From IMG/VR virus record IMGVR_UViG_3300024350_000008: a stretch of 64,000 nucleotides of DNA. One strand, 5' to 3'. Below, piece by piece: positions 1 through 10,923 of this stretch. This DNA is from a virus (lineage: Duplodnaviria > Heunggongvirae > Uroviricota > Caudoviricetes > Crassvirales). Below the pieces are notes generated by a model that saw nothing but the letters and a program-made list of their open reading frames with translations, was not told the origin of the DNA and did not search any database. Every line of letters begins with the position of its first letter. The stretch's first letter is position 1. The position numbers and the translations under genes are program-made.

Positions 1-3000
1 TTGTCTTTGCTCAGGAGTGAGGAATGCTTTCCACACACCTTCACCTATCTCATGATAAGGGGTTGTAGCAGGAGCAAGTTTGTGAAACTTAGCCACACCA
101 TTCTCAAATACACCAAAAGCTTTTTCATTGTCGTGTGTTGTAACAACATTGTCCAACACCTCAAATGGAATACCTGGAACTTTTTCTGCATGAAACTGTT
201 TGAACGCTTCAAACTCAGCATCTGTCATTGGGGCAGCACCCTCAGTGACACCCACCCTCATGTATTCATCTGAAGGAGGAAGTGCATCGTTTGCATTAAA
301 TTTCTTTTCTTCAGTGGGTTTAACTTCTTCTTCTTCTTTTTCTTCCGCAACTGGGGCTTCTTTCATTGCATACAACTGACCCATCACTCTATATCCTGCC
401 CACTTTTTAACCAATGAAATATCATCATCTGATTCATCAAAGTCCTTCACTTGCTTAAGTGTAGGAACCACTGTCTTCTCAACAAACTCAGCATCCTTTG
501 CAATCTTAAGGATGGTGTCATTGTCCTTAACATCTACATCAATTACATCCTTTCCATCTTTTTTCGATATGGTGCCTGTAAAGTCTATAGGTCCAAGTGT
601 GGATGGGTAGGTGTTCACCTTCTCTCCACCCATATCATATTCTCCTATCATAGGAACACCTGCAGCTGAAGGTTCAGCTTTTGATGCAGCTACAGCAGGA
701 AAATCAAAATCAATTAATGTAGAATACTTCTGTTCAAAAGAATATGGAACAGCTGGTGTAGGAGGAGCTACGTTTGTCAAATAAGGGGTGTCTTCAGTGC
801 TTCTAGACTTACCGTCTGGATACTTTGAAGAAAGCAGATATGATTGGTAGTTAGGCCATTCTATTTCCTTCAGAGATCCATCTTCATAGCTATACTCGTA
901 GAAAGGAGAATAGAAGTTGTCCTTTAGTGTGAATGAGTTTAGGTTGTGGTAGATTGATCTAAGCTGTTCTACCATCTCCTTCTCATTGTTTTCAATCTCA
1001 TCCAGCTTATACACTTTACCGCCTAGAGAGATGGACATGTTTGCTGTATCTATAAAGAACTGATTGCTGTCTGCTTTAACAACACCTGTCTTACGTAGAT
1101 ATAAAACATTTTGCAAATATGTCATGTAAGCCTGATTGAGGGATATACCCTTACCAGACTCATACTGTTTCATTGTGTCAGCAGCCAAAGCTTTTATCAC
1201 CTGATAAATAGAGACAGCTTTGTTTCTGCTAAACCTACTATTATTGATGTATTCAAGAGTGTCACCAAACTGAACTGCTGGAGAACCAATAGGCCATCCA
1301 ATGTTATCTCCTTGGTGTGTAATGAATCCTTCTTTGTTTATCACAATCAATCCTTCCTGCGTACCTATCTTGTCTTCAGGAAGAATGGTGCTACCAACAT
1401 GGCTTCTTACAAAGTTACCATCTATTTTATTTGTCTTTGCAACACCTCTTGATATGTTAAACTTATACAGTTTGATAGGAAATGCAGGAGCTTTAAAAAG
1501 TCCTATTCTAGCTTGTTTCCAGCCATTAGCATATTGCTGGAATATTTCCTTCTCACCATCTCTATATTTAGGAACTGGATTACCATTCTTGTCTTTATAG
1601 TTATAATAGATCTCAGTGGTAGGCATTGCCTTGAATACAACCCTACTCATATCAGTAGGTTGACCATTCACTTCACTGATGCGCTCACCCTTCTCATCTA
1701 CAAAATACAACTTACCAGCATCTTCCTCAACATACACCTGTGCAACAAGTCCCAAGTCTACATTATCTGCATTTGGGATGTCTGACAAAGGAGTGTTTAA
1801 TGGAAGGTTGTATTGCATTTGGATTAGTCCAGTGAGACCAAGACCAGCCAATTGATTTGGTGTAACTAGGAAGGCTCTAAGTTTGTTTCTGTTTTTGAAG
1901 TTTTTAGCATTGTTCAAAAACACCCTAGAGCGAACCACCTGTGGAGAAAGCTGTGTAGGATCTTCAGCAGCCTCAGAAGGACCTGTACTTGAAGCAAAGA
2001 ATCTTCTAGCTGCCTTCAGCTTACCCTCACTTGAAGGGGGTGGAGGAGCTGTTGTAGACTGTTGTCCTACGTTTATATCACCACTCCTCTTCTCAAGTTC
2101 TTCCTGTTGTCTGTTTATATCACCTGCTGCTTTTGAGAACTTCTCTTCTTTTGTTTCCACTCTCTCATATCCAGCAAGTCTAGATGGTTGTATATTGAAT
2201 ATATCTCCTTTCAGGTTTTCCACCTTAACAGAGCCATCCTCATTAAACTCCAACACTCTCACCTTCTGCAGATTGCCCAGTTCATCATTGATGTCATCAG
2301 CAGCAAGTTTAGCATCTTCCTGTGTTTTGTAGAATGTTGTAGCTCCTCCAGGGTAGCTTACACTCCATCTGTCATCAGCCAGCTTTTTTACAGAAGCTAT
2401 CTTAGCCTTTGGGATTTGGTATTCTCTGTTCTTTTCAAGTTTTTCTTCTACACCAGCTACATTTTTGTATACAGGTTCTTTCTTTTCTTCAACAGGCTTT
2501 ACTTCTTCCTTTTCTGCTTCCTCTTTATCAGCAGCTATCTGTTCAGCTTGTTCGTAGTATTTCTCAAATCCTTCTTTTGTAGAAAGTTTATCAAAAGCGT
2601 CAGCTGCTATCTTCTTTCTCTCAAGGTTTCTGTTTATGTCAAAACCATAATCACGAAGCTTCTGAACCTGTGCCAAAGGAACAATGTTTTCCTTTGTAGC
2701 ATCTTGGTTATTCATCTCAAAGTTGAGAAGGTCTTCAAACAATTTGTCTGTAATCTTACCCTCTCCAAGAGCCATAGATATTTTCTCAGATCTTGTACGA
2801 AGAGCTTTCACTTGGTTCTTGATGGCTATCTTCTCCTGAACAGGTGTAAGTTCTGTTACAGTGGAATTGAGCATGTTTGCCTTTTGCTCATACATTTCAC
2901 TCAAGGCTTTCAAGCCACTCTCACTGGTGAGCTGAGACAACATGTTATTGCTCACTCCAGGAACGATGTTAGTTACATCTTGTTGAATAGATGAAAGTCT

Positions 3001-5049
3001 TCTATTCACCTCTGGAGCAATTGAAGCGTAATAAGCCAAATCAAGCTTATAATCTTCAAAGGTGTTATAGTTGTCAGCTTCTATCTGACTTGCTACATCA
3101 CCTTCCTTAGGAGCATTCTTGAATGGATTTACAAACGTCTGATTAATTGCATCAGATGTTTTCTTTATTTCGTTAGCCTTGTTAATAAGAGCATCTACAT
3201 ACTCACTAACTGTAGCTTTGTTTGTTTCATTGAAGTCTAATTGGAACATCTGCTCAAATTGTTCTTTAGACAAATCCTTGAGCATGTTAAGCTGTTCAAC
3301 CGTAACATCGTGCATTCCATAAGGAATACGAGATTGTACAAAGTTGAAGAATGCATCTGACTGAAGGTTCTTGTATCTGAATACATCATTGGACTTTGCA
3401 GCTTCCTGCATATCTCTCAGAATACCAGCCTGTGTCACTGTATCATCGTATTTCCTCTGAAGGGTGTTGGTCATACCAAACCTGTTCAAGATGTTTAAGG
3501 CAGTTCCTGTTCTAGCTTTCTCTCCTATTCCTTTCTTCTCCTCATACAGGTTCTGAACCTTTCCAACAATCAATCCAGTGAGACCTCCTATCAACATGTT
3601 CTCTATACCTTCAACACTACCAAACTGTTCCTTCATTCCGAAGGTGGTGGATTTAATCAACTCATTTAGATCATCCCATGTTCCTTTATACTTATCGCTT
3701 TTATACTTTCTTGTATAATAATCGTAAGTTCCTCTTTCTGCAGCAAACTGTCCACCTTCTTCAAACACACCTTCTCTGAATATATTACCTACACCAGGCT
3801 TAACACTATCCCAAACCTTACCAGCAACTGTCTTAGCTCCCTGCTTTTCAAATACATCTAGAGATCCCTCTGCAAGTCCTATCTTTCCAATACCTTCAAG
3901 CTGAGTGACAGCACCTCTTGCAGCAGTCATTGATCTGAATAGGTTACCAAACTGCAGGGTGTTTGATGCTGTAAGAAGAGCCATGTTTATACCAAATCTG
4001 GCATTCATAGCATTTGTTGCATAGTTTTCTATTTCTTGTGCAGCAGCAAAATCTGGTTCTTTACCATTCTCAGCAATATATTGTCTTGTAAGTTCATCCT
4101 TCACCTGTGTGTATGCACCTCTACTTTCAACACCAGATTCAGTCATAGAGGCTCCTGCAATTGCAGTTCCATATCTAAACCCACTTCCCACCTTTGCAGC
4201 AGCAGCAAGTTCTCCAAGTCTTTTCACGTTTAGAAGCTGTTGCTCTGTTTTACCAAGAGCTCTTCCAGCTTCAAGAAGTCTGTCAAGTTTGGTTTCAGAA
4301 CTGAATAGTCTGTTTAAGTAGAGAGCAGCTTTTCCCACTTGAGATGCAACAAGAGGAATCTCTCCAAGTCCTTGTGTAACAGCACCAATAGCAATATCTT
4401 GTAAAGCAGCACCGCCTACAGCACCCACCATAAATCCTATGTTAGGCAAGAACTTCTCTCCCCACCAATATGCAGATCCTCTTGTAAAAGGAATTGCTGA
4501 AAGGAACGGATGTTCTCTAGAATACTGACTTGCATAGTTAGGAAGAACATCATTCATGTCCCTCATCCATTTATCTATAGTTCCTTCATATCCATTAGGA
4601 TCACCAGAGAGCTTTGATGCTTCTCCATTCTTTATTGCAGATATTGTATTAGGGATGTTTGTTAAAGACTGGGCAAATGTACCTATGGCGTTTATACCAA
4701 GCTTGGCTACACCATTACTAAGTGTTTGATACCATGGTTGTTGCAATGCATATATTTGCTCCAAATCAACACCTCTTTCATAGACAGGGTAGCGTTGGTT
4801 GGCAAGAAGTTCAGACTCAAGAGCAGCAGGGAACAATTGATCAAAACCTTTCGGACCAGGGGTTCCCTGTATTGCTTTTATTTCTTTGAGACTAAGTCCC
4901 ACCTTACTACTAGGAGCAAACAATGCACCTCGACCAAAAGCATTCATATCAACTTTAGTTCCAGCAAAAGAACCAAGTACAGGAGTGGGTCCTTTCAAAG
5001 ACCCATCCTCATGAACATTATCAATAAGCTCTTTGTCAAAAATTGGCAT
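1..5049 (-). CDS. Giant virion-associated protein, partial (more than 1683 aa, continues beyond the window start). It contains Gly/Ala-rich glycine-zipper-like segments and may be an ejected or internal virion protein.
   Basis: The ATG at 5049..5047 overlaps the TAA of the 888-aa gene (TAATG). By my manual translation the minus-strand frame stays open down to position 1. The ORF track lists no minus-strand ORFs of 60 aa or more anywhere in 1..5048. The same track omits the RNR ORF at the other edge, which also has no stop, so the absence is consistent with an edge-running ORF. Confidence 0.6.
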   Translation of the reverse strand, partial: MPIFDKELIDNVHEDGSLKGPTPVLGSFAGTKVDMNAFGRGALFAPSSKVGLSLKEIKAIQGTPGPKGFDQLFPAALESELLANQRYPVYERGVDLEQIYALQQPWYQTLSNGVAKLGINAIGTFAQSLTNIPNTISAIKNGEASKLSGDPNGYEGTIDKWMRDMNDVLPNYASQYSREHPFLSAIPFTRGSAYWWGEKFLPNIGFMVGAVGGAALQDIAIGAVTQGLGEIPLVASQVGKAALYLNRLFSSETKLDRLLEAGRALGKTEQQLLNVKRLGELAAAAKVGSGFRYGTAIAGASMTESGVESRGAYTQVKDELTRQYIAENGKEPDFAAAQEIENYATNAMNARFGINMALLTASNTLQFGNLFRSMTAARGAVTQLEGIGKIGLAEGSLDVFEKQGAKTVAGKVWDSVKPGVGNIFREGVFEEGGQFAAERGTYDYYTRKYKSDKYKGTWDDLNELIKSTTFGMKEQFGSVEGIENMLIGGLTGLIVGKVQNLYEEKKGIGEKARTGTALNILNRFGMTNTLQRKYDDTVTQAGILRDMQEAAKSNDVFRYKNLQSDAFFNFVQSRIPYGMHDVTVEQLNMLKDLSKEQFEQMFQLDFNETNKATVSEYVDALINKANEIKKTSDAINQTFVNPFKNAPKEGDVASQIEADNYNTFEDYKLDLAYYASIAPEVNRRLSSIQQDVTNIVPGVSNNMLSQLTSESGLKALSEMYEQKANMLNSTVTELTPVQEKIAIKNQVKALRTRSEKISMALGEGKITDKLFEDLLNFEMNNQDATKENIVPLAQVQKLRDYGFDINRNLERKKIAADAFDKLSTKEGFEKYYEQAEQIAADKEEAEKEEVKPVEEKKEPVYKNVAGVEEKLEKNREYQIPKAKIASVKKLADDRWSVSYPGGATTFYKTQEDAKLAADDINDELGNLQKVRVLEFNEDGSVKVENLKGDIFNIQPSRLAGYERVETKEEKFSKAAGDINRQQEELEKRSGDINVGQQSTTAPPPPSSEGKLKAARRFFASSTGPSEAAEDPTQLSPQVVRSRVFLNNAKNFKNRNKLRAFLVTPNQLAGLGLTGLIQMQYNLPLNTPLSDIPNADNVDLGLVAQVYVEEDAGKLYFVDEKGERISEVNGQPTDMSRVVFKAMPTTEIYYNYKDKNGNPVPKYRDGEKEIFQQYANGWKQARIGLFKAPAFPIKLYKFNISRGVAKTNKIDGNFVRSHVGSTILPEDKIGTQEGLIVINKEGFITHQGDNIGWPIGSPAVQFGDTLEYINNSRFSRNKAVSIYQVIKALAADTMKQYESGKGISLNQAYMTYLQNVLYLRKTGVVKADSNQFFIDTANMSISLGGKVYKLDEIENNEKEMVEQLRSIYHNLNSFTLKDNFYSPFYEYSYEDGSLKEIEWPNYQSYLLSSKYPDGKSRSTEDTPYLTNVAPPTPAVPYSFEQKYSTLIDFDFPAVAASKAEPSAAGVPMIGEYDMGGEKVNTYPSTLGPIDFTGTISKKDGKDVIDVDVKDNDTILKIAKDAEFVEKTVVPTLKQVKDFDESDDDISLVKKWAGYRVMGQLYAMKEAPVAEEKEEEEVKPTEEKKFNANDALPPSDEYMRVGVTEGAAPMTDAEFEAFKQFHAEKVPGIPFEVLDNVVTTHDNEKAFGVFENGVAKFHKLAPATTPYHEIGEGVWKAFLTPEQRQ

Positions 5050-7715
5050 TACTTAAATGTTTTAATTGCATCATTAATACTAATAGGACTAATGAGTTGC
5101 ATTTTCAATAAAGCATCTGCTGATGAAACATATCCATCACTTAGATAGTCACCTTTCCATGTACCAGTTTTAGGATCTGGTACATACATAATCACTGTGA
5201 ATAAGTCTGTCTCAGGATTACCTGTGTTACTCAAACTACCTTCAACGTCCAGTCTCACCTTTGATTCATATCCAGTGCCTTTGAGTTGAGGAAGTTGGTA
5301 CCCACTAATCTTTGCATTTACAGCTGTGCTACCAGAACCAGGAACAAATCTTTGATTTGCAGCATTTGTTGTACGATCTGGTGAAGTTAGTATTATGTCA
5401 TTTATGTCAGAGAAAGGATTTTTAACTGCCACCTCTGGAAAGAATCTAGCCACCTCAGAAGCAGTTGCTGGTATCACTTGTTTAGATCCCTTTGCTCCAA
5501 ACATAATAACATTTGCACCACCGTCTCTACGTTTTTCTATTTGGAAGCTAGAACCTTCTCCTGTTCTTATTGATGTAGCAGTGGTTGGATTGTAATCTCC
5601 CAAGTCTTTTGTAGCGAGCGCACCCTTGCTTTCATACTGTGCTCTTTTCTCTGCAAGGAAGTCATCAAGGTCTCTAGCTTTATTTGGATCCTTTATATCA
5701 ATCCTAGCTCTTTGTACAGCATAATTAGGGCTGATTGAAGCAATGTATTTTGATGTGGCTTCTGAAACCTCAGATTGTAAATTTTGTAAAGGAACTTTTG
5801 AACGTGTCATGAAATTCATCAACTGTTCATCATCACCAGTCATTCTCTTAAATGGACTTTTATCTCTATCATATGCTTGCCACATTTGATAAAGCTTACC
5901 ACCTTTATATGTTTTATAGAAATTGTCAGCAGCTTTTGTATCAAAATATGGAGATGCAGAAGGAGCACCACTCATACCAACTGATACACCCATTTTGTTA
6001 AACTTGTTTACTGTGGCATCAAAGTCTGCAGCATCATCTCCTGTATAGGTCTTTCCTGCAACAGTGACAGTTTGAGCACCTATCTTCTCAGCTACATATT
6101 TCTTCTTGAAATCTTCTTCAAACTTAATAGCAGAATTGTATGTATTGATTGTTTTTGAAATGTTGTTCTCCATTTCTCTATACTGCTCCAGATACAGCTT
6201 TTGATCTGGCGTAAGAGTCATATTAGGATTTTGTCTATATTCTGAAGATTTGATACCAAGAGCTTTCACCTTCTCATCTAAGGTCATGTTCTTATACAAA
6301 GGATTGGTACTTGGATAGAAAGCTTCTGCAATTCTGGTTTGCTCAGCACCAAATGCCTCAGCGCTGGTGGTCATGTCTTTAAATAAATCTTGTGTTGTAG
6401 GAGCTTCTATATCTGTTCCCCAATCACCAGGACTCACTCTGTACCCCTTAGCTATTTTTTCCTCAAGATCTTTTTTCACTCTATACTGAAACTCTCTTTC
6501 AAGTCTTCCCTCTGTTGTTTTCCATCTGTACATATCATTAGCTTCCTTGATCTGATCAAACTGAAACTTCTGTCTTGCAAGGTTTGCTTGTTCAGCGGGA
6601 TTGGCTTTCCTCTCCTGTACATAGCTTTTATATGAGAGATCTTTTGCTAGATTTGTTAAATGGTTTTGTGTATACAGCTTGTATTTGAACTCTTCTAGAT
6701 TTCTAGGATTTTGAAGTTCTGCAAGATCACTAGCTAATTCTTTATCTAGTACATTATTGTCTATCTGGTTATTAATATCTGCAAGTTCAGCTACAAGTCT
6801 ATCTTTAGCTGGACCTGTGATTGATGGGTTTTGGATTTTTACAGCCAAGTCCACCTTTTTTTGAGAAAGCATTTCTTTCTTATTCTTATATGAATCCTCT
6901 ATATCCTTTCTAAAAGACTCAGGACCAGCGCCTCTATAATGTGCCCAGCTATTTATTCTTAGCTGTCTAATGTCATTTGCATCTAAGCTATCATAGAAGT
7001 TGTTAAGAATTCTTTCTGCAGGAAGTCCCTTCACCTTAATGCTCAACATATCTAGGTCTAGTCTTTTCTCTCCTTTTGAAGGATCTGTAGAAGCCAAGGT
7101 TTGTCCTGTCTTAGGATCTTTATAAAAGTAGAGGGTTTCTCCTAGCTCATTTCTCATGTAAGGATTCTCAATACCTATCTCATCTTCTTTCAGCTTGCTT
7201 GTTAAATCCCTAAGCTTGGCATCCACATCCTTGTATTCAATAAACTCGTCTGTGAATGGTTTGGAAAGATCAGCATCGTTCAACCACTTGTTATACCTAT
7301 CGTAGTAAAAGTCTTCGTTGTCTACAGATGACTTACCTGCCTTCTGAGCAGCTTGAATATTTTCTTGCTCCTTTCTAGCATGTTGTGTAGATCTTACAGC
7401 ATTCTGCACTATAGGATCTCTAACAATCTGAGCTGTCATTCCAGATACAGAATTAACAAGCTGAAAGTTGGAGAAGTCACCAGCAGCTACTATTTTGAGG
7501 TTGTTACCAAGTTCATTCAGCTTAGATTGCAAATATGCCTTATGGCCAGGTTTACTGATGTCTAACCCACCAATCTGATCTATCTGAGACTGAATCTTTT
7601 GTATACCCTCGTCATAGCGCTTCTGTTTCTCCATGCCCACAGTCACCATAGCGTCCACAGGGAGCTGCTGGATATAGGGGTTAAATTGCGGTATGAGGTC
7701 TGTAAATGAAGCCAT
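5049..7715 (-). CDS. Large virion structural protein (888 aa), function unknown
   Basis: Long ORF in the structural operon, tightly packed with its neighbours. No recognisable catalytic motif. Confidence 0.5.
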   Translation of the reverse strand: MASFTDLIPQFNPYIQQLPVDAMVTVGMEKQKRYDEGIQKIQSQIDQIGGLDISKPGHKAYLQSKLNELGNNLKIVAAGDFSNFQLVNSVSGMTAQIVRDPIVQNAVRSTQHARKEQENIQAAQKAGKSSVDNEDFYYDRYNKWLNDADLSKPFTDEFIEYKDVDAKLRDLTSKLKEDEIGIENPYMRNELGETLYFYKDPKTGQTLASTDPSKGEKRLDLDMLSIKVKGLPAERILNNFYDSLDANDIRQLRINSWAHYRGAGPESFRKDIEDSYKNKKEMLSQKKVDLAVKIQNPSITGPAKDRLVAELADINNQIDNNVLDKELASDLAELQNPRNLEEFKYKLYTQNHLTNLAKDLSYKSYVQERKANPAEQANLARQKFQFDQIKEANDMYRWKTTEGRLEREFQYRVKKDLEEKIAKGYRVSPGDWGTDIEAPTTQDLFKDMTTSAEAFGAEQTRIAEAFYPSTNPLYKNMTLDEKVKALGIKSSEYRQNPNMTLTPDQKLYLEQYREMENNISKTINTYNSAIKFEEDFKKKYVAEKIGAQTVTVAGKTYTGDDAADFDATVNKFNKMGVSVGMSGAPSASPYFDTKAADNFYKTYKGGKLYQMWQAYDRDKSPFKRMTGDDEQLMNFMTRSKVPLQNLQSEVSEATSKYIASISPNYAVQRARIDIKDPNKARDLDDFLAEKRAQYESKGALATKDLGDYNPTTATSIRTGEGSSFQIEKRRDGGANVIMFGAKGSKQVIPATASEVARFFPEVAVKNPFSDINDIILTSPDRTTNAANQRFVPGSGSTAVNAKISGYQLPQLKGTGYESKVRLDVEGSLSNTGNPETDLFTVIMYVPDPKTGTWKGDYLSDGYVSSADALLKMQLISPISINDAIKTFK

Positions 7716-7802
7716 TTTAAGTCAAGTTAGCAAATGTAATATGAATAATTATATTTTCCAAGAGGAATAACGAGTTTTGGTAATTCGCTCTAACTGAACT
7801 AG

Positions 7803-10800
7803 TTAGAGATTTTTCATAGACTTTACAATGGAGCTATTAAGAGCTTTTTTTCTGTCTATCTTTTTACCATCCTTAACTACAGGAAGACCTGTATAAGTGT
7901 CTTGAACATTTGGTATATTCGCTTGGAATAGAGGGTTCATGTTTATAGCCCTGAATCTAGGGTCATAACGATAGTTGTACAAGTTCTCGTACACTTGTAA
8001 TGTCCTGTTTTCCAACTTGTTCTGAGCATATTTGGCAGCAATAGAATTAAGAGCAGCCTGTGTAGTAGCCTTGGTTTTACTTTTAGCTTCCTGCTGTCTA
8101 ACATATTGCTGGTCCAGAATACCCAGGTTTTGAAGCTGTGACTGGTTCAGAAGATCCCTGTTCTCTTTATAGATTTGATTTTTCAGAGCCTGGTTCATAC
8201 GGAATTGCTCACCAAGCACTCTCTGGTTAGCAGAATATTTCTGGGCATTCAACTGACTTTGTAGAGCAGGATTGTATCCAAACATCCTCTGTTGAGATCT
8301 GTAGGTAGCTTCGTTCTCATTTAGTATATCCTGAAGAGATATGTCATATGGGACAGATAGCTGAGGTTGGAAGGTTTGAGCTCTTACAGGCTCTAACTGA
8401 TTGGTAGCCAATGCATACATCTCACCAGCAAGCTGGTTTGCATCTAGTTTTTCAGCATCACTTGGTCTCACATATGGAAGCACCTGGTTTAGAACATCCA
8501 TCCATGGTAAACGTTTGCTTTGAACAATCTCAGAAATTTCAAACTTCTTTTCCTCTGGTGTCTGAAGTGGAATGGTGGTTTGAGGTGTGGTTGTTACAGG
8601 AGTTACTATCTTAGGTGTTTCTTTATCATATTCCACTTTAGAGCTCACTGTCTGTTCTCCTAAGAGCTTATCCTCTACAAGTTTAGTAGGACTTCCAATA
8701 GCTTTAGAAAGCATATTGAATGCCTGTTGGAACTTAAGAACATCTGCCTTGCTTTTAGGATTGAATCCTTTCCAATCATACCAAGGATTGTTCTTTTTCA
8801 TATCCTCAATATCTTGCAGGGTAACCTTTCCATAAGCAATGTCTGTTTCTTTCTGTCCTTTAGGAACTTCTGCTAGAGCAGACATTGATTTTGGTTTCTT
8901 TGTGCCATCTTGAGCTTTTGTAATGAGCATTCCTTTTTTAGCTTTAATTGTTCCTCTGTCTGTTGTCTCAAGTCCAAACTCTTCAATGGTGTCATTCATA
9001 GCTGTCTGTAGAGCTGCAGCATCCATCTTATCCTGAGCTATCTTCTTAAGCTTTGCGTTTCCACCATCTATCTGTGCTTGTAAAGTGTTGAAAGCCAATT
9101 GATCATATGGTGTAATGACATCCAATTCATCAACAGACGTAACAGCTTTACTAATCATTTTATTTGTTTTGTCTTCATTCTTGGAAAGCTCTGATACATA
9201 TTTCTTGAAGTTCTTACCATCAGCACCAGGAAGCATACCCTTAGGCACCTTCAGGTTACCAAACACTACAAGACTGCTATCGCCACCAGATCCATCTCTC
9301 ATCTTCATAGCAGGCTCACCTCTTTCCACTTCTACAGGATTGTCACCATATGTAATGCCAATGCCTGTGTTTCCTTTTCCATCAGACTCATCGTGAGACT
9401 GTCCTTTGAACATTACAGTTTCTCCTCCCTCAGGAAGGTATGGATTGTAGGACATAGGTTCTGCATATCCACCCCAGTGTGTTTGGAGTTCTCCACCCAT
9501 TTGAAAGTCTGGTCTTTCTGTAGACATAGCTCTTGCACTAGGAGGTGTGTATTCTTTTAGATGACCACCAGCTCTTAGCATATCTGCATCCTTAGGAGGT
9601 CTAAGAAGATCGCTCACTTTGTGCTCTCCAAAGGTGGTTATCACCTGTGGTTGCCATGTATGGCTCATCCATTTGTAAGGAGAGGTGGTGCCACCATCTT
9701 GCATGAAGGATGTATATTGTTGTTGTGCTCCTTGAATACCTGACTGAAGAGCTGTAGCTTGAATGTTCTTTTGTGTAGCTTCTTTAGCTGCTTTAATCTT
9801 CTGAGGTTTCTTATCTAGCAATGTGCCAATAAGCTGTCCTCCCACCTGACCAATCATTCCTCCAACAGGGCCTCCAATTATTGTTCCAGCTGTTTTACCA
9901 ATTGTTCCACCAATCTGACCACCAGCATTCTCTCCAGTGATTCCTGTAAGAAGCTGACTTGTTATATCTCCACCACCAGCTTGAGCAAATGCTTCAAACC
10001 CACTCTGAGCTACATGCATCTTACCACCATGGTAGAACTGCTTATATCTCTCGCTCTCATTCAGAGGCTCATATCCAAGATTGTCATAAAGTGTATTGGG
10101 AGCATATGTGTTCATGATTTCTCCACCACCAACAGAAGCTCCATTCCTTGCAAGCACATTTGTACCTACACCATATATTGGGAAAAATTCTTCTCCTGTG
10201 TTTACAATATCCTCAGGACGAACATATCTACGTTGGGTTTCTTCAGGACGTGTTTCAGCAGCTTGTTTTACAACATCACTAACTTGTTGCATCTGCTGAG
10301 CTCTTTGCAAAGCTTTCTTTTCTTCTTTTGCCTGTTGAATACCTTGTATAAGTTTTCCTGCAGCAGGAGCATATTGACCAATAGTTTTACCAATATTAGA
10401 TCCTGATATTTCTTGTATATCAGGAGAAACTTGTGCATCGTAAAACTGCTTAGTGATGTCCTGATCTGCTTGTGTAACTAATGTAGGGTTGGGTATAGAT
10501 AATAGTCCACTTGTAGAGCCCACTTGGAGCTTTGAAAGTTTCTTTCCTTTCTTAGCACCACCAAAAGCACCTGTAATGGCTTGCATAGCTTCTGGGTTTT
10601 GGAGCATGCTGGCAACATTACTAAGTGGATTACCACCAGATCCAGTTTCCTTCTGAGCAGCAGCCATTTGTGACTGTCTGAGTTGCTCATCTCTGCGCAT
10701 CTCATCTGTCATTCCAGTGATAGTGTAGTCAGCTTGGTCATACACATCTTGGAAACTTATGGGCTGAAACCCACCATCTGATTCACCACCAATGTAGCTA

Positions 10801-10922
10801 CCTATCTGTGCCTTCTTGAAAGCCTTACCATGTTTAGCCATGAATGCTTCTTCTGTAGGAAACTTCTTGTAGAATTCCTTTTCAGATTTGACACCAGCGA
10901 TTTTAAGCATCTGTTTTTTCAT
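7803..10922 (-). CDS. Large virion protein (1039 aa) with a Gly-rich, glycine-zipper-like central region. It resembles a tape-measure or internal-core protein.
   Basis: Long ORF. Contains the segment GGQIGGTIGKTAGTIIGGPVGGMIGQVGGQLIG. Q/N-rich C-terminal half. Confidence 0.5.
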   Translation of the reverse strand: MKKQMLKIAGVKSEKEFYKKFPTEEAFMAKHGKAFKKAQIGSYIGGESDGGFQPISFQDVYDQADYTITGMTDEMRRDEQLRQSQMAAAQKETGSGGNPLSNVASMLQNPEAMQAITGAFGGAKKGKKLSKLQVGSTSGLLSIPNPTLVTQADQDITKQFYDAQVSPDIQEISGSNIGKTIGQYAPAAGKLIQGIQQAKEEKKALQRAQQMQQVSDVVKQAAETRPEETQRRYVRPEDIVNTGEEFFPIYGVGTNVLARNGASVGGGEIMNTYAPNTLYDNLGYEPLNESERYKQFYHGGKMHVAQSGFEAFAQAGGGDITSQLLTGITGENAGGQIGGTIGKTAGTIIGGPVGGMIGQVGGQLIGTLLDKKPQKIKAAKEATQKNIQATALQSGIQGAQQQYTSFMQDGGTTSPYKWMSHTWQPQVITTFGEHKVSDLLRPPKDADMLRAGGHLKEYTPPSARAMSTERPDFQMGGELQTHWGGYAEPMSYNPYLPEGGETVMFKGQSHDESDGKGNTGIGITYGDNPVEVERGEPAMKMRDGSGGDSSLVVFGNLKVPKGMLPGADGKNFKKYVSELSKNEDKTNKMISKAVTSVDELDVITPYDQLAFNTLQAQIDGGNAKLKKIAQDKMDAAALQTAMNDTIEEFGLETTDRGTIKAKKGMLITKAQDGTKKPKSMSALAEVPKGQKETDIAYGKVTLQDIEDMKKNNPWYDWKGFNPKSKADVLKFQQAFNMLSKAIGSPTKLVEDKLLGEQTVSSKVEYDKETPKIVTPVTTTPQTTIPLQTPEEKKFEISEIVQSKRLPWMDVLNQVLPYVRPSDAEKLDANQLAGEMYALATNQLEPVRAQTFQPQLSVPYDISLQDILNENEATYRSQQRMFGYNPALQSQLNAQKYSANQRVLGEQFRMNQALKNQIYKENRDLLNQSQLQNLGILDQQYVRQQEAKSKTKATTQAALNSIAAKYAQNKLENRTLQVYENLYNYRYDPRFRAINMNPLFQANIPNVQDTYTGLPVVKDGKKIDRKKALNSSIVKSMKNL

Positions 10923-10923
10923 G

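Noticed and set aside
1883-2994. Plus-strand ORFs of 149 and 268 aa, along with other plus-strand ORFs inside 1..5048
   Set aside because: They are antisense to the long minus-strand giant ORF. Their products are low-complexity or hydrophobic runs, such as a leucine and phenylalanine-rich sequence, which is typical of AT-rich antisense frames.
1-5049. Virion RNA polymerase (DxDGD two-barrel motif) in the giant partial protein
   Set aside because: I scanned my hand translation and the reverse-complement codon patterns and found no DxDGD. The assignment is not supported within the portion present. My translation was done manually and may contain errors.
9981-10406. Plus-strand 141-aa ORF, along with others at 8411..8835, 9115..9396 and 11008..11727
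   Set aside because: Embedded antisense within the 1039-aa and 514-aa structural genes. No start context or motifs. Judged spurious.
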